Positions 27,749 through 38,050 of a DNA stretch of 64,000 nucleotides are shown here, piece after piece. Where the stretch lies: the NCBI GenBank assembly GCA_035388825.1, contig DAOOQQ010000008.1, positions 14,410-78,409 of the forward strand. Direction: 5' to 3'. The position numbers and the translations under genes were made by a program. The stretch's first letter is position 1; every line of letters begins with the position of its first letter. The notes under the pieces were generated by a model that searched no databases, was not told the DNA's origin, and saw only the letters and a program-made list of their open reading frames with translations. The DNA comes from Candidatus Ozemobacteraceae bacterium (GTDB taxonomy: Bacteria; Muiribacteriota; Ozemobacteria; Ozemobacterales; Ozemobacteraceae).

Positions 27749-28137
27749 GCCTTGCCAGAGTCGAAGCCTGGGAGGCGAAGCTGCGCGAGGCGTTCGATCA
27801 GGCCGACGCGGAGCTCGAAAAGCGTCATGGCAGCCGTTTTTCCCGGAAGCCCCACCGGCCGGCGCACGGCGAGGGAAGCACGCGGGATGCCGACGGCCTG
27901 TTCGATCTGAGCGTCGGTTATACCGCCGGCTTCGGCTCAGCCCACGGCGAAGGCTACGTGTTCCGGGTGCGTCTGGCGACCTTCGAACCGGTTCCCGGGG
28001 CGGCCCGTGAGGCGATTGAGGCAGAGGCGCTCGATCTCCTGCGGGAGAGGCTGGCCGAGGCCTTCCCGGGCCGCGAACTGAGTATTCTGCGGGAAGGCGA
28101 CCAGTACAAGATCATCGGAGACCTGGGCCTCGATTGA
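27745..28137 (+). CDS. hypothetical protein (C-terminal YKIIGDLGLD motif); partial paralog at 37883
   Basis: 130 aa, overlapping the preceding gene by 4 nt. The last ~40 aa are ~65% identical to the ORF fragment at 37883-38005. Confidence 0.5.
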   Translation: MSLARVEAWEAKLREAFDQADAELEKRHGSRFSRKPHRPAHGEGSTRDADGLFDLSVGYTAGFGSAHGEGYVFRVRLATFEPVPGAAREAIEAEALDLLRERLAEAFPGRELSILREGDQYKIIGDLGLD

Positions 28138-28270
28138 TTCGTGACCGGGGGCTCTTGTTTCCACCTGAAGTCCGTTGTTAGAATGAGAGAGAGGACCCTG
28201 TCCTCTGCTGACCGGCCGAAACGGATCTTTCCTCAACTTCTGCGGTATTGCTTTGTCGGGAGGACGTCGG

Positions 28271-30684
28271 ATGAAGACGTGTATCTTCGGCCGGGGGCGG
28301 ACCCTGCCATCATGTCGCCTCGCAGCCATCGGGATTCTGATGGTTTTCCTGCTTTTCTGTCACGGCCGGGCCTGGGCTCTCAACCAGATCAACAACGGGA
28401 CGTTCCTGAGTGACTGGTCGGGATGGACGATCGACAACCAGGTGCGGCGCGGGTTTCCTCTCGAAGCCTTCTCCTGGGTTGCCACGGAAGGGGCTCCGGT
28501 TGGTTCCATCTTCGGCGGCATGACCACCAACAACCGCCAGGGGGACGGCCTAGTCGAACAGAAGTTCACCACCCCGGCCGGCTTCGTCCGGGCCAGTGCC
28601 TATCTGCAGCACAAGGCCTCCACCAACAAAAAAAGCGGCAAGAACAATCGCACGACCGTGACCCTTCGTCTGGACGGCAGTGCCGCCTACCCGAACGAGA
28701 CGATCATCACGACGTTCCTCAGCCTGATCCAGGATCCCACCGCCGCCTTCCAGACGATGAACTGGACGACGCCGGTCACGCTGCGCCCGGGAACCTCGTA
28801 TCTCTTCCGGCTCTACTGGGATATCAAGACCAATGGCGCTCTCGGGTTCTATTTCGACAACGTCAAGCTGAATATCAGCCCGTCCGGCCTGCGGACGGAC
28901 GACAACGGCACGGACGTGTTTCTGAGCTGGAATCCCAGTGTCGGTGCCGTGGCCCTGAAGGAATACCGGGTGTTCCGGGCGACCACCAGCGGCGGTCCAT
29001 ACACCCAGATCGCCACCACGACGGCGACCACCTATACCGATGCCGCATGGTCTCGGACAATATTTATTACTATGTTGTCCAGGATGTCGAGCTGGTCAGT
29101 GGTGATGTATCCCCCAACAGCGTCGAGGCCGTGTTTTTCAAGATCAAGGTGCGGGACGGTCCCTCGCAGGACATCGCGTATTCCTGGCTGACCGACCGGG
29201 TCGAGGCGAACTGGGACCATCCGAAAGCCTCTCTGCTGCGGTACAAGGTCGCCGTGGGCACGACTCCCGGCGGAAACGACGTCAAGGACTGGACCGATGT
29301 GGGCATGGCGAACACGGTCACGTTCACCGGGCTGAATCTTGCGAGCGGTATGACCTACTACACGACGGTCCAGTCCCAGGATGCGCTCGAGATCGACCAG
29401 TGCAAGGGCTCCAGCAACGGGTTCATGATCCGGACCGATCCCGTGTTCGTCGATACGGCCTCCTCCACGTTTTTCAACAACTCCCGGCTTCAGACGATGA
29501 TCGATTTCACGACCGACCCGGGCTCCATCCGGCCGAAAACCTTTGCCAGCGGGGGCTTCTGGCCTCGCCGCGTCTCCGTGACGGTTCGGGAGCCGGGCAT
29601 CACGGACCGCATCAACGCCCCCTGCCGCATCACCTTCAACATCCCGGCCGGGGCCCCGGCTGCGTTGGCCGAGATTCGCGTCGCCGACGATCAGGGAAGC
29701 AAAGTGCCGCGCGTCGTCGGCGGCACCCTGGCGAACCCGGTGGTGACCTTCCTCGTCAACATGCCCAAGAGCGATTCACGGATCTACTATGTGTATTGGG
29801 GTAATGCCGGGGCTCCGGAGCCGGCCTATGGCTTCTCGAACGGCGTCACCCAGACGGCCGCCCTCCAATATTCGCAGTACTATTCAAGAAAGCTCCTCGC
29901 AGCCGGAATCGAGTCGGTGCCGCTTGCCTTCAATTACGGGTATCGGGAGTCACCGGCCGTCATCTCGGGAGATCCCGATCCGGGAAATACGGCGCCCGAA
30001 AGTTGGGCCGAGGAGTTCGAGTATTTCAATGCGGCCGGCGGATATGCGAACAGCGCCGGCTGGCGGAACGATTGCCGCGGACAGCAGATCACGAACCTGT
30101 TCGGCGGCACCTTCTGGTTTTTCGGAACCAACACCCCGAACTGGTGGATCTGGAGTAACGACCTTCTGTACAACGCGACGGCGAACGCGAACAACTGGAG
30201 CTCCTTCGCGGGGGCTACGGCCCAGAGCTTCGCGACCTTCACGGGAAACGGCCGGTGGCAGGGCGGTCTGATCGCTCCGCTCTGGGTCGATCTCACCTAC
30301 AACGACGATACCGTCATCGATACCCCCGGTGTCTTTCGCGACACGTATGCCAACCGGGAGGTGTTCACCTGGCGGAGCTCGATGAATATCGACCCGACCG
30401 ACGATACCTATGTGTTTCAGACGACCCTGTACCAGACGGGGGATATCGCGCATCGGTACGATTACCTGAGCCCGAGCTCCGTGACGACGGCGAATGCCTC
30501 GGGACATCCCATTCTGAACGATATCAACGCCGTCGGCATTTCGGCGAACAATGGCACCAACTATCTGACGAACACGCCGCTCGAGCTTGGCCTGGGCCAG
30601 ACGCCCTCCTCTTTTTTTCAGTGCGATCGCGCTTTCGACGGCTACTATACGGTCGGGACGATCGAAAATCCGGTGGGCGGCTGA
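28271..30684 (+). pseudogene. exported multidomain protein (CBM4/9-like, FN3-like, DUF2341-like) interrupted by a -1 frameshift near 29036
   Basis: Signal peptide MKTCIFGRGRTLPSCRLAAIGILMVFLLFCHGRAWA after GGGAGGA RBS. Frame 2 reads ...YRVFRATTSGGPYTQIATTTATTYTDAA. The protein-like sequence then continues only in the 28423 frame: (M)VSDNIYYYVVQDVELVSGD, an FN3-type continuation. DUF2341-like segment AEIRVADDQGSKVPRVVGG...SRIYYVYWGNAGAPEP. Ends at TGA 30682 in frame with the next ORF. Confidence 0.6.
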
Positions 30685-30711
30685 TCGAATGTCGCCGATT
30701 TCGATTCGAAG

Positions 30712-33700
30712 GTGTTCGACTCCCGCCTGGATACCCCCGACTGGGTCCAGTTGGAGTACGATTGCACGGGTGATGCGACCGGCCGGCTCCTGTTCTACGT
30801 CCGGACGGGAAATACCCCCCTCCCGGAGCTTGGCGGCTGGAATTCGTGGGTGAATATAGCTACTGCTACGGCTGGTGGCTTTGCGACGATCACCAGTTCC
30901 GATCTTCGATATTGTCAGTACAAGGTCATCTTCCAGCGCAATTCGAACGGCCCCATGCCCGTTCTGAACGAAGTGCGCCTCATCTGCGGCGGTCTGAGCA
31001 TCGAGGCGATCACCACCGACACCCCGGACGGCGTCTGCCAGGGCCAGACCGGCATTCCCGTCGGCGTGACGCTCAAGAACACCTACATCAATCCGGTGTC
31101 GCTGACGAATGCGACCCTCAGCTTCTCGCTCGGGAGCTACACCTTCACGCTCGTGTCCCCAACGTTGCCTGTCACGATCAATCCCGGGGTGGCGACAGCT
31201 GCCACCTTCACCGTGTCGGTTGCCGATGCCTCTCCGGTCGGCATGGCGGTCATCCAGGCTCTGGCCACCGGCACATCCGGACCGAGCACCTTTTTCGATC
31301 GGGACGCCCAGATTCCGGGAAGCTGGCTGGTCCGGAAAAAGGCGACGATGGTGATCAAGGAGGTCCGGACGGTACCCACGGCGGTCAACAAGGGCCAGAA
31401 CGGTATCCCCGTCTTCATCGATCTCGAGAACACCGGCGAAACACCGCTGGTGTTCAACGGGGCGAGCCTGACGTTCTCCCTGGGGTTTTACACCCAGACC
31501 CTGATATCGCCCGCGCTCGGCACCGTCATTCCCGGCCCCGGGAGTCTCACCGTCCAGATTTCGGTCAACGTTCTGTCGAACAGCCCCTCGGGCATCTCGA
31601 CGATCGACGCGACCGCCTCGGGAACGAATGCGTTTTCCGGCAAGCCGGCAAATGCCGCAGGGGCGGTCGTGAAGGATGCCTGGACGATCCAGTCGCCTTC
31701 CGATCTCGTTCTCGTGTCGATCACGGCCTCGTCGACGGTTTATCGCGGCCAGACAGGGATTCCGGTGTTTCTGAACGTCCAGAACATCAAGGAAGCTCCG
31801 GCTTCCTGGACGAGTTCGACCCTGCTTCCCTATTTCACGCTTGGCACCTATGACGCCGTGTATCCCGTCACGCCATTCCCGGTCACGGTTCTGGGAGGCC
31901 AGTCTCTCACGGTTCAGTATGGCGTGGATATCTCGCCGCTTTCGGCAACGGGGACCTCCTCGGTCGATGCGCGTATCGACTGGCTCGACGGCAACATGGG
32001 CGATGCGAAATTCTATGAACGGGCCCTGCTGCCGGCCACCTGGACGATCATGGCCGAGGTCGTGAAAAGCTACAAGGACGCGGCCGGCCTGTATCCGTCG
32101 ACCAGCTTCAACCGCCCCAGCGTCGGTTCGACGATGATCTATGCGAAGGGGGAAAACCTCGCTCCGTTCAAGGATTTCGTCGTCCGGTGGTATGACCCGT
32201 CCGGCACCGAGGTGGCCTCCTCGAATCCGCCGCTGACGGCCCTGGCCTCCGGCACCCTTGCCCACCAGTATGCCATCGGCCCCACGTCCCCCTTCGGCCA
32301 GTGGACGATCCGCGTCACGAACCCGCTCAACACCATCGTTTCCTGTCAGACGTCCTTCGACGTCGTGAACGGGGCGAGCCTCACGGCATCGCTTTCCCTG
32401 CCCCTGACCGTGTCCGTCGGGCAGCCGTTCCAGGCAGTCATGTCCTGTTCGAACGTCGGCGGCGCACGCATCCGGGACGCGTATCCGGGCGTGCTGGCCA
32501 GTTCCGGCACGGGGATCGCCACGCTGACGGCCGGGCCGACGCCGGATTCCCAGGATATTCTGGGGTATACATCGGCGACATTCACCTGGATGTGGCGGGC
32601 GACGAGCGCGGGCACCTTCGTTGCATCGGATGTTGCCTTCGGTGTCGACGCGAACGCGGATCTTGCCATCCGGAGCGCGACGGCGACGAGCAACGTCTGC
32701 GTGATCCAGACGCCGCCGAGCCTTTCCCTGATCTCGCTGACGGCAACCCCGACCCTGGTCTACCGGAACCAGAAGAACATCGAGGTCGAGGCGCGGGTGC
32801 GGAACTCGGGGCAGGCAACGGCCATGCTGACGACCGCCAGCCTGTCGTTCACGCTGGGCTCCTATACGCAGGCGATTGCCACGCCTTCGGTCCTGCCCGC
32901 GTCGATTCCCGGGAACAATGCCGTGGCGACGATCACGTTCATGGTGGACGTGGACTTCGATTCCCCCGAGGGCCTTGCAACGCTGACGTTCGGCATGCGG
33001 GCCTACGATGCCAACGTTCCGGCATCGGTGACGATTCTCGTGCCTGCGTCCCCAAACGACCGGTGGACGATCGGATCGATCGGTATCCAGCTCTCCCGGG
33101 AGACGGATTTCTCCACCGAACAGTATGCGTTCAACCGTGGTCAGGATGTGAAGATCCGTGCGTTCGGCCTGCCGCCGTATTCCACGGGATACAGGTTCAG
33201 GCTGTACAGCTCGACGATTCCCAACACCTCGCCGGCCCCGGCCGGATGGACCGATGTGTCGAACCGCCTGACCGCGACCTCGAAGGGATGGGTGGATTAC
33301 GTCTATACGCTTCCGGCCGGAGCTGCGCTGACGCGCTGGAGTGTCGAGATCGAAACCGACCCTGACAGCAACAGTACGACGCGCGACCAGCTCCTCGCCG
33401 TGAACTATTTCGATGTCCAGACGCCCGGAAACCTGATCGCCAGCCTGACGATCTCGCCCAATCCGGTGTTCGTCGATGACACCGTGACCGTCACGCTCGT
33501 TGCCAGCAATACGACACCGTCGGGAGCGAGCGTCTCCCCGGCGACCCCTTCGGCTCTCGTCCCGACCGCGGCAAGCACGGGAGCCATGTCGTATCAGACG
33601 GGCCCCGCGCCCGCCTCTTCCACCGTGACGGCGCTGGCATCGACCACCTTCGTCTGGACCTACAAGGCGACGGACGACACGGGAACGGTCGGCAGTTACT

Positions 33701-36700
33701 CGCTGACGGCCCAGCTTGCCTGCTCGGTCTACGGTGTGGATGCCAACACAGGAACTCCGATCAACAGCCAGGCGGCCGTTTCCAACGGGCTGAAAATCTA
33801 CCGGCGGGCCATGGCTCTTTCCCCGTCGGCATTCGACCTGGGCTCGCTTGCGCCAGGGGAGACCACTTCGACCATCCCCTTCCAGGTCGGCAACGTCGGC
33901 AACCTCGTCCTGAGCGCCGTGAAGTGGAACAAGGTCGATCTGAACGGCGTTTTCCCCCTGACGACTTCTCACGCCTACGTGACGCTGGCCCCGTCTCCGA
34001 TCGGAGCGATCAATCCCGACGCCAGCGCCGCCGTCTCGATTGCGATGACGGTTCCCTACAATCAGGCTTCCGGCACCTATGCCACGACGATGTCGGTGTA
34101 CGAAGACATGAATGGTAACGGGAATCCCGATTCCATCGAACCGTATAAGATTTTCACCGTCACGGTGAACGTGCTGAGCCGGCCGAAAGTCTTCGTCATC
34201 GAGAATCTGATCGATCTCGGCAACTGGAGCCCCGGTCAGACGACCAATGCGAAGAGTGTGAACCTGTTCAACGGAGGAAACCAGGCGGTCACGAACGTCA
34301 AATTCGTTCAGACGATCGGAAGTGCAACCTTCCTGGCCGTTTCTCCGAATCCCGGAAATCTGACGATCGGGGAATCCCGCGTAGCAAGCGTCTCCGCCGC
34401 GATTCCTGCCGCCGCCACCCAAGGGATTTACGTCGCGACCTGGACGATGTGGGCGGATACGGATGCCGACGGGGCGATCGATGCCGGAGAAGCGAGTGAC
34501 ACGTTCCAGGTGCGGGTCGGTGTCGGCACCAAACAGTTCACTCTGTCCCCTCCCGTGCTTCCTGCGGGGCTCGGGACGCCTTCGACGATCATCTCCGGGC
34601 TCAAGGAGACCATCACCAATACCGGTTCGCTGTCTCTGACGAATCTCAAGGCTTCGCTTCAGGCCCTGCAGGATGGGATGGGCAACTCGATCGCCACAGA
34701 CAATATCTCCATCATTCCGCCTGCTTCGGTCGTGACGACGGGTACCGCGACCGTCGCCCTGTTCGTCCCTCCCGGCATGATCATGGGCGCGTATTCGGGA
34801 GTTCAGACTCTGTACGAAGACTCGAACGGGAACGGCGTGGCCGACCCCGGCGAAGCCTCGGGAACATTCACCCTGACCGTCAGCATTCCCGCCTATCCCG
34901 CGGTTCAGGTGCTCGCTCCGACCGTGGAACTGGGCGATCTTGCCCCGGGAGCGGTTGTGACGGTTCCCTTTGCCTGCCGTAACTCGGGCAATGTCACGCT
35001 GTCCCGGCTCATGTGGACCAAGCTGCCTTTGGTATCTGCAGGCGGCAACACGATCTCGACGCCGAGCTACGATTTCCCGCCCGGAGTGCCGTTTACGGCG
35101 GCTCCCGGAGCCATCTTCACGAGGGATGTGAGGCTGATCGTGAACGTGGCTCAGCCCCCGGGGGATTATACCGGCAGCTCGGCATGGCTGTTCGATGACA
35201 CCGATCTGGGGCTCGATCGTGACACCGGCGAGCCCCAATCCCCGTTCATCATCAAGTGCCGGATCGGCTCTGCGGCTTTGGACATCGAAAACCTGTCGTA
35301 TGCCACGAGCGGCCCGCCCGCCACCTACTCGGCCGAAACGGCGATCAAGTTCCGCAACACCGGCTCGTTGACGATCACGAGTCTCGTGGCGACCTGTTCC
35401 GCTCTTGTCGGGCCGCAAACGATCCCCGCCTCGGCGAGCTTCATCTTTCCGGTTTCCGGTTCTTTCGTGCCGGCGCCCCTCGGCAGCATCCTGGTCGGCG
35501 GCCAGAAGTTCGGGTACTGGCGCGTGTTGGTTCCGGCCAACAGGCTTCCCGGGCTCTACACGGGCACCCTGACCGCCTGGAATGATATCAATGGCGACAA
35601 GCAGCTTCAGAGCTACGAGGCGAGCGACACTTGCGCGATCAATCTGACGGTGACCTCGAACAAGGCGATCAATGTCCTCCAGTCGAATCTCGACCTGGGG
35701 TGGACGACGGAGAACTCCGTCGTCAGCGGCACGATCGAGATCGTGAACACCGGAAACCAGGATCTGACCATGGTCAGAGCCGTCATTGCCACGCTCTCGA
35801 GCGGGATCGACGTGATTCCGGCTTCTTCGATCGTGTATCTTCCGGCCGTGCCGGGTGGATTCACGGTTGGTCAGTCGCAACTGGCGACGATCACGATCAC
35901 GGTGGGCTCTCCGAAGGCGGATGGCACGTATGTCGCAACCCATCGCATCTATGACGATTACAATGGTGCCGACGGGAGTTATAACCCCGGCAATGAGGAA
36001 AACGACACCTTCACGATCACGCTGCGCATCGGCCACAAGAGCGTGTTCGAGACGGATCCGACGAATCCGCCGGTGGATTTCGGCCCGCAGGATCCGGGAG
36101 GGACGGTTGTGAAGAGCTTCACCGCCTACAACGGATCGGCGATTCCGCTGACGAAGCTGCGGTGGAAGAATCTCGTCCCGCTGACGGGGACCGGATATAC
36201 CTTCCCTCTCGCGTCTCTGACCTGGTCACCCGCCGCACCTTTCGGCATTCCGGGAAGCGGGAACATCTCCTGCGCCGCAACCGTCGAACTGGCGAGTTTC
36301 GTTCCACCGGATGTGTATACGGGGGATTCGGCGGTCTGGGAGGATGAGAACGGTGACGGGGTCATCCAGGCTGCCGAGGCCACCGCGAATTTCCAGGTGA
36401 AACTGACGGTGAATCCGCGGCCTCTGATCACGCTTCTGCCCGGAATGGTCGATTTCGGCCGGATCGGCCGGGGCCAGGCCTCGGGCTGGGTCGGAATTTG
36501 CTATTACAACGCCGGCAATGTCCCGCTGAATGCCTTTTCCTGGACGTTCGCGAATGTCGGGGACGGGGCCGGACACACCATCCCCGCGGCGGTGATCGCC
36601 TTCGATCCGTTGTTCAACCCCGATCCAACGCCGGTCGGCTCCTACGGCACGACGACGGTCCGGATCGGCCCGGTCGATCCCCTGCAGGAGCTTGGAGTCT

Positions 36701-37317
36701 ATGATCAGTCGGGGCCGCAGGTGATATCGGCCGGCGGAGGCGTGGTCTCGGATGATTGTCAGTTTCGGTGCGAGATCATCCAGGGCGGGCCGATCGGCCT
36801 CTCGAGTGGGACGGTGTATCAGGAAATCGCGACATTCACGTTCCAGCCTCCCGAGTCCCGGTATGTTCTTTCGGCGTATGTCTGCCCAGGAACCGGCTCC
36901 GCGCGGATTTCCTTCTTCGACACGACGGAGGGGGGGGCGATCGTCTTCCAGCCCTGGGTCGAGATTGATTCGGACGGCCGCGTGCAGGGCAGCACGACGG
37001 GGTCGGGGGAGTTCGGTGTCGTCGAAGCCTGGCCCGCCCAGTTCGGTGCGAACGTTTATATGTGGTATAGAATATATGTGTCGTTCGAATACTACCTCGA
37101 CACGTCGACGGCGAGCAAAACCTACATCATGCTTGGCAACACGTCGCCGGTATCGCCGCCGACGGCTTCCCACGCCGTCTGGTTCGATGGGGTGCAGCTG
37201 GAAAAGCCGGATAATCAGACGCAGAAACGTCCGACGGCGTTCGCCCCCGGGAAAAAGATCGTGTCGCCCTACACCGAACTGGACCTGTCGGGGAAAAAAT
37301 ATTATTTCGAATGGTAA
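30712..37317 (+). CDS. giant repetitive surface protein segment (about 20 CARDB/Ig-like ~100-aa repeats plus a C-terminal CBM-like domain); same frame as the upstream ORF across one TGA
   Basis: 2201 aa. Recurring module [I/V]..GQ[T/N]GIPV.V.L.NTG..P..L..A.L.F.LG.YT..L.SP. Ends ...HAVWFDGVQLEKP...KKYYFEW, paralogous to the C-terminus of the 38051-46777 gene. No separate RBS is visible. GTG 30712 abuts a GAAGG, and the first ATG lies far downstream. The antisense 2028-aa ORF is an artefact. Confidence 0.75.
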   Translation: MFDSRLDTPDWVQLEYDCTGDATGRLLFYVRTGNTPLPELGGWNSWVNIATATAGGFATITSSDLRYCQYKVIFQRNSNGPMPVLNEVRLICGGLSIEAITTDTPDGVCQGQTGIPVGVTLKNTYINPVSLTNATLSFSLGSYTFTLVSPTLPVTINPGVATAATFTVSVADASPVGMAVIQALATGTSGPSTFFDRDAQIPGSWLVRKKATMVIKEVRTVPTAVNKGQNGIPVFIDLENTGETPLVFNGASLTFSLGFYTQTLISPALGTVIPGPGSLTVQISVNVLSNSPSGISTIDATASGTNAFSGKPANAAGAVVKDAWTIQSPSDLVLVSITASSTVYRGQTGIPVFLNVQNIKEAPASWTSSTLLPYFTLGTYDAVYPVTPFPVTVLGGQSLTVQYGVDISPLSATGTSSVDARIDWLDGNMGDAKFYERALLPATWTIMAEVVKSYKDAAGLYPSTSFNRPSVGSTMIYAKGENLAPFKDFVVRWYDPSGTEVASSNPPLTALASGTLAHQYAIGPTSPFGQWTIRVTNPLNTIVSCQTSFDVVNGASLTASLSLPLTVSVGQPFQAVMSCSNVGGARIRDAYPGVLASSGTGIATLTAGPTPDSQDILGYTSATFTWMWRATSAGTFVASDVAFGVDANADLAIRSATATSNVCVIQTPPSLSLISLTATPTLVYRNQKNIEVEARVRNSGQATAMLTTASLSFTLGSYTQAIATPSVLPASIPGNNAVATITFMVDVDFDSPEGLATLTFGMRAYDANVPASVTILVPASPNDRWTIGSIGIQLSRETDFSTEQYAFNRGQDVKIRAFGLPPYSTGYRFRLYSSTIPNTSPAPAGWTDVSNRLTATSKGWVDYVYTLPAGAALTRWSVEIETDPDSNSTTRDQLLAVNYFDVQTPGNLIASLTISPNPVFVDDTVTVTLVASNTTPSGASVSPATPSALVPTAASTGAMSYQTGPAPASSTVTALASTTFVWTYKATDDTGTVGSYSLTAQLACSVYGVDANTGTPINSQAAVSNGLKIYRRAMALSPSAFDLGSLAPGETTSTIPFQVGNVGNLVLSAVKWNKVDLNGVFPLTTSHAYVTLAPSPIGAINPDASAAVSIAMTVPYNQASGTYATTMSVYEDMNGNGNPDSIEPYKIFTVTVNVLSRPKVFVIENLIDLGNWSPGQTTNAKSVNLFNGGNQAVTNVKFVQTIGSATFLAVSPNPGNLTIGESRVASVSAAIPAAATQGIYVATWTMWADTDADGAIDAGEASDTFQVRVGVGTKQFTLSPPVLPAGLGTPSTIISGLKETITNTGSLSLTNLKASLQALQDGMGNSIATDNISIIPPASVVTTGTATVALFVPPGMIMGAYSGVQTLYEDSNGNGVADPGEASGTFTLTVSIPAYPAVQVLAPTVELGDLAPGAVVTVPFACRNSGNVTLSRLMWTKLPLVSAGGNTISTPSYDFPPGVPFTAAPGAIFTRDVRLIVNVAQPPGDYTGSSAWLFDDTDLGLDRDTGEPQSPFIIKCRIGSAALDIENLSYATSGPPATYSAETAIKFRNTGSLTITSLVATCSALVGPQTIPASASFIFPVSGSFVPAPLGSILVGGQKFGYWRVLVPANRLPGLYTGTLTAWNDINGDKQLQSYEASDTCAINLTVTSNKAINVLQSNLDLGWTTENSVVSGTIEIVNTGNQDLTMVRAVIATLSSGIDVIPASSIVYLPAVPGGFTVGQSQLATITITVGSPKADGTYVATHRIYDDYNGADGSYNPGNEENDTFTITLRIGHKSVFETDPTNPPVDFGPQDPGGTVVKSFTAYNGSAIPLTKLRWKNLVPLTGTGYTFPLASLTWSPAAPFGIPGSGNISCAATVELASFVPPDVYTGDSAVWEDENGDGVIQAAEATANFQVKLTVNPRPLITLLPGMVDFGRIGRGQASGWVGICYYNAGNVPLNAFSWTFANVGDGAGHTIPAAVIAFDPLFNPDPTPVGSYGTTTVRIGPVDPLQELGVYDQSGPQVISAGGGVVSDDCQFRCEIIQGGPIGLSSGTVYQEIATFTFQPPESRYVLSAYVCPGTGSARISFFDTTEGGAIVFQPWVEIDSDGRVQGSTTGSGEFGVVEAWPAQFGANVYMWYRIYVSFEYYLDTSTASKTYIMLGNTSPVSPPTASHAVWFDGVQLEKPDNQTQKRPTAFAPGKKIVSPYTELDLSGKKYYFEW

Positions 37318-37799
37318 CTCGAGCGGAGGATGTCACGAAGTTTCCGGCTTTCGATGAGCAAAAGAAGGCAGAGAACGCCGAGAAGCAGGAGCTTGCCGAC
37401 TGGGATCGACTCAGGCTGGCCGAGCACGGATCTGTGGCGTTGGATGCTGGCGGTGTCGCCAGCTTTGATCGCACGAGCAAGGAGGATGTGGCGGACTTCG
37501 ACATTCGTCGGCGAGGTGAGCAGAATGGCCTCGAGCTCTGCGTCCGAGCGCTCATCCAGGGGCTGGGCGGAAGGGGGGGCCATCTGCGGGGCAGTCCAGT
37601 TGCCCGCTTTTGCCGATGGTTCGAACGTCCGGACCTGGGCAAGAAGGCGGGTGGCTTCGCTGGCGTTGCCACTCCGTGATGCCGCGCGGGCGTTATTCAT
37701 CAGCAGGAGCGTCTTCAGCGGCACCCGGGGAGCCTGTGCGTTCAGGCATCCCGGCAAGGTCGCCAGCAGGAGAACCAGGATTCCTTTTCGCAGAGGCAT
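37302..37799 (-). CDS. small lipoprotein-like protein with TPR-like helix pair and C-terminal hydrophobic segment
   Basis: Start at MPLRKGILVLLLATLPGC (lipobox-like LPGC); track ORF extends to 37871. Ends with VGKLLLLGVLCLLLLIE. Overlaps the 3' end of the giant + gene by 16 nt. Weak similarity of organisation to the 46774-47406 protein. Confidence 0.4.
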   Translation of the reverse strand: MPLRKGILVLLLATLPGCLNAQAPRVPLKTLLLMNNARAASRSGNASEATRLLAQVRTFEPSAKAGNWTAPQMAPPSAQPLDERSDAELEAILLTSPTNVEVRHILLARAIKAGDTASIQRHRSVLGQPESIPVGKLLLLGVLCLLLLIESRKLRDILRSSYHSK

Positions 37800-37882
37800 C
37801 GGTCTTCTCGCGGTGATATTCAGGTCATGATAGCAGAAATACGCACCATGATTGAAATATTTGATAAACAATAGAAACCTGC

Positions 37883-38008
37883 GTGGCCATCGAGCAAAAA
37901 GCGATCGCCTTGGTGGCGAAACACCTGGCGAAGGAATTTCCCGGCCGAGAACTTCGGATCGTTTGCGAAGGGGGTCTCTACAAGATCATTGGGGATCTTG
38001 ACCTTGGA
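37883..38008 (+). pseudogene. partial duplicate of the 27745-28137 gene (C-terminal ~41 aa only)
   Basis: MAIEQKAIALVAKHLAKEFPGRELRIVCEGGLYKIIGDLDL versus AIEAEALDLLRERLAEAFPGRELSILREGDQYKIIGDLGLD. The downstream remainder of the ORF overlaps the giant minus-strand gene and looks non-coding. Confidence 0.4.
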
Positions 38009-38050
38009 AAGCTCGAACGGCATCCCTTGATCGGGATGCCGAATAATATG

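Noticed and set aside
30682-30710. Selenocysteine insertion (SECIS) or genetic-code 25 (TGA=Gly) as explanation for the in-frame TGA
   Set aside because: Only a weak 6-bp stem follows the TGA. No sel genes are visible in the window. All other genes here use TGA as a normal stop (for example the ATGA overlaps), and the GC content is unlike known code-25 lineages. It is kept as a low-probability option within the finding, not called as a feature.
29950-36036. 2,028-aa ORF on the minus strand overlapping the giant + gene
   Set aside because: Its translation is Arg/Gly/Asp-rich low-complexity text with no domain-like structure. It is antisense to a convincingly protein-like, repeat-structured reading frame. 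It is a typical high-GC antisense artefact.
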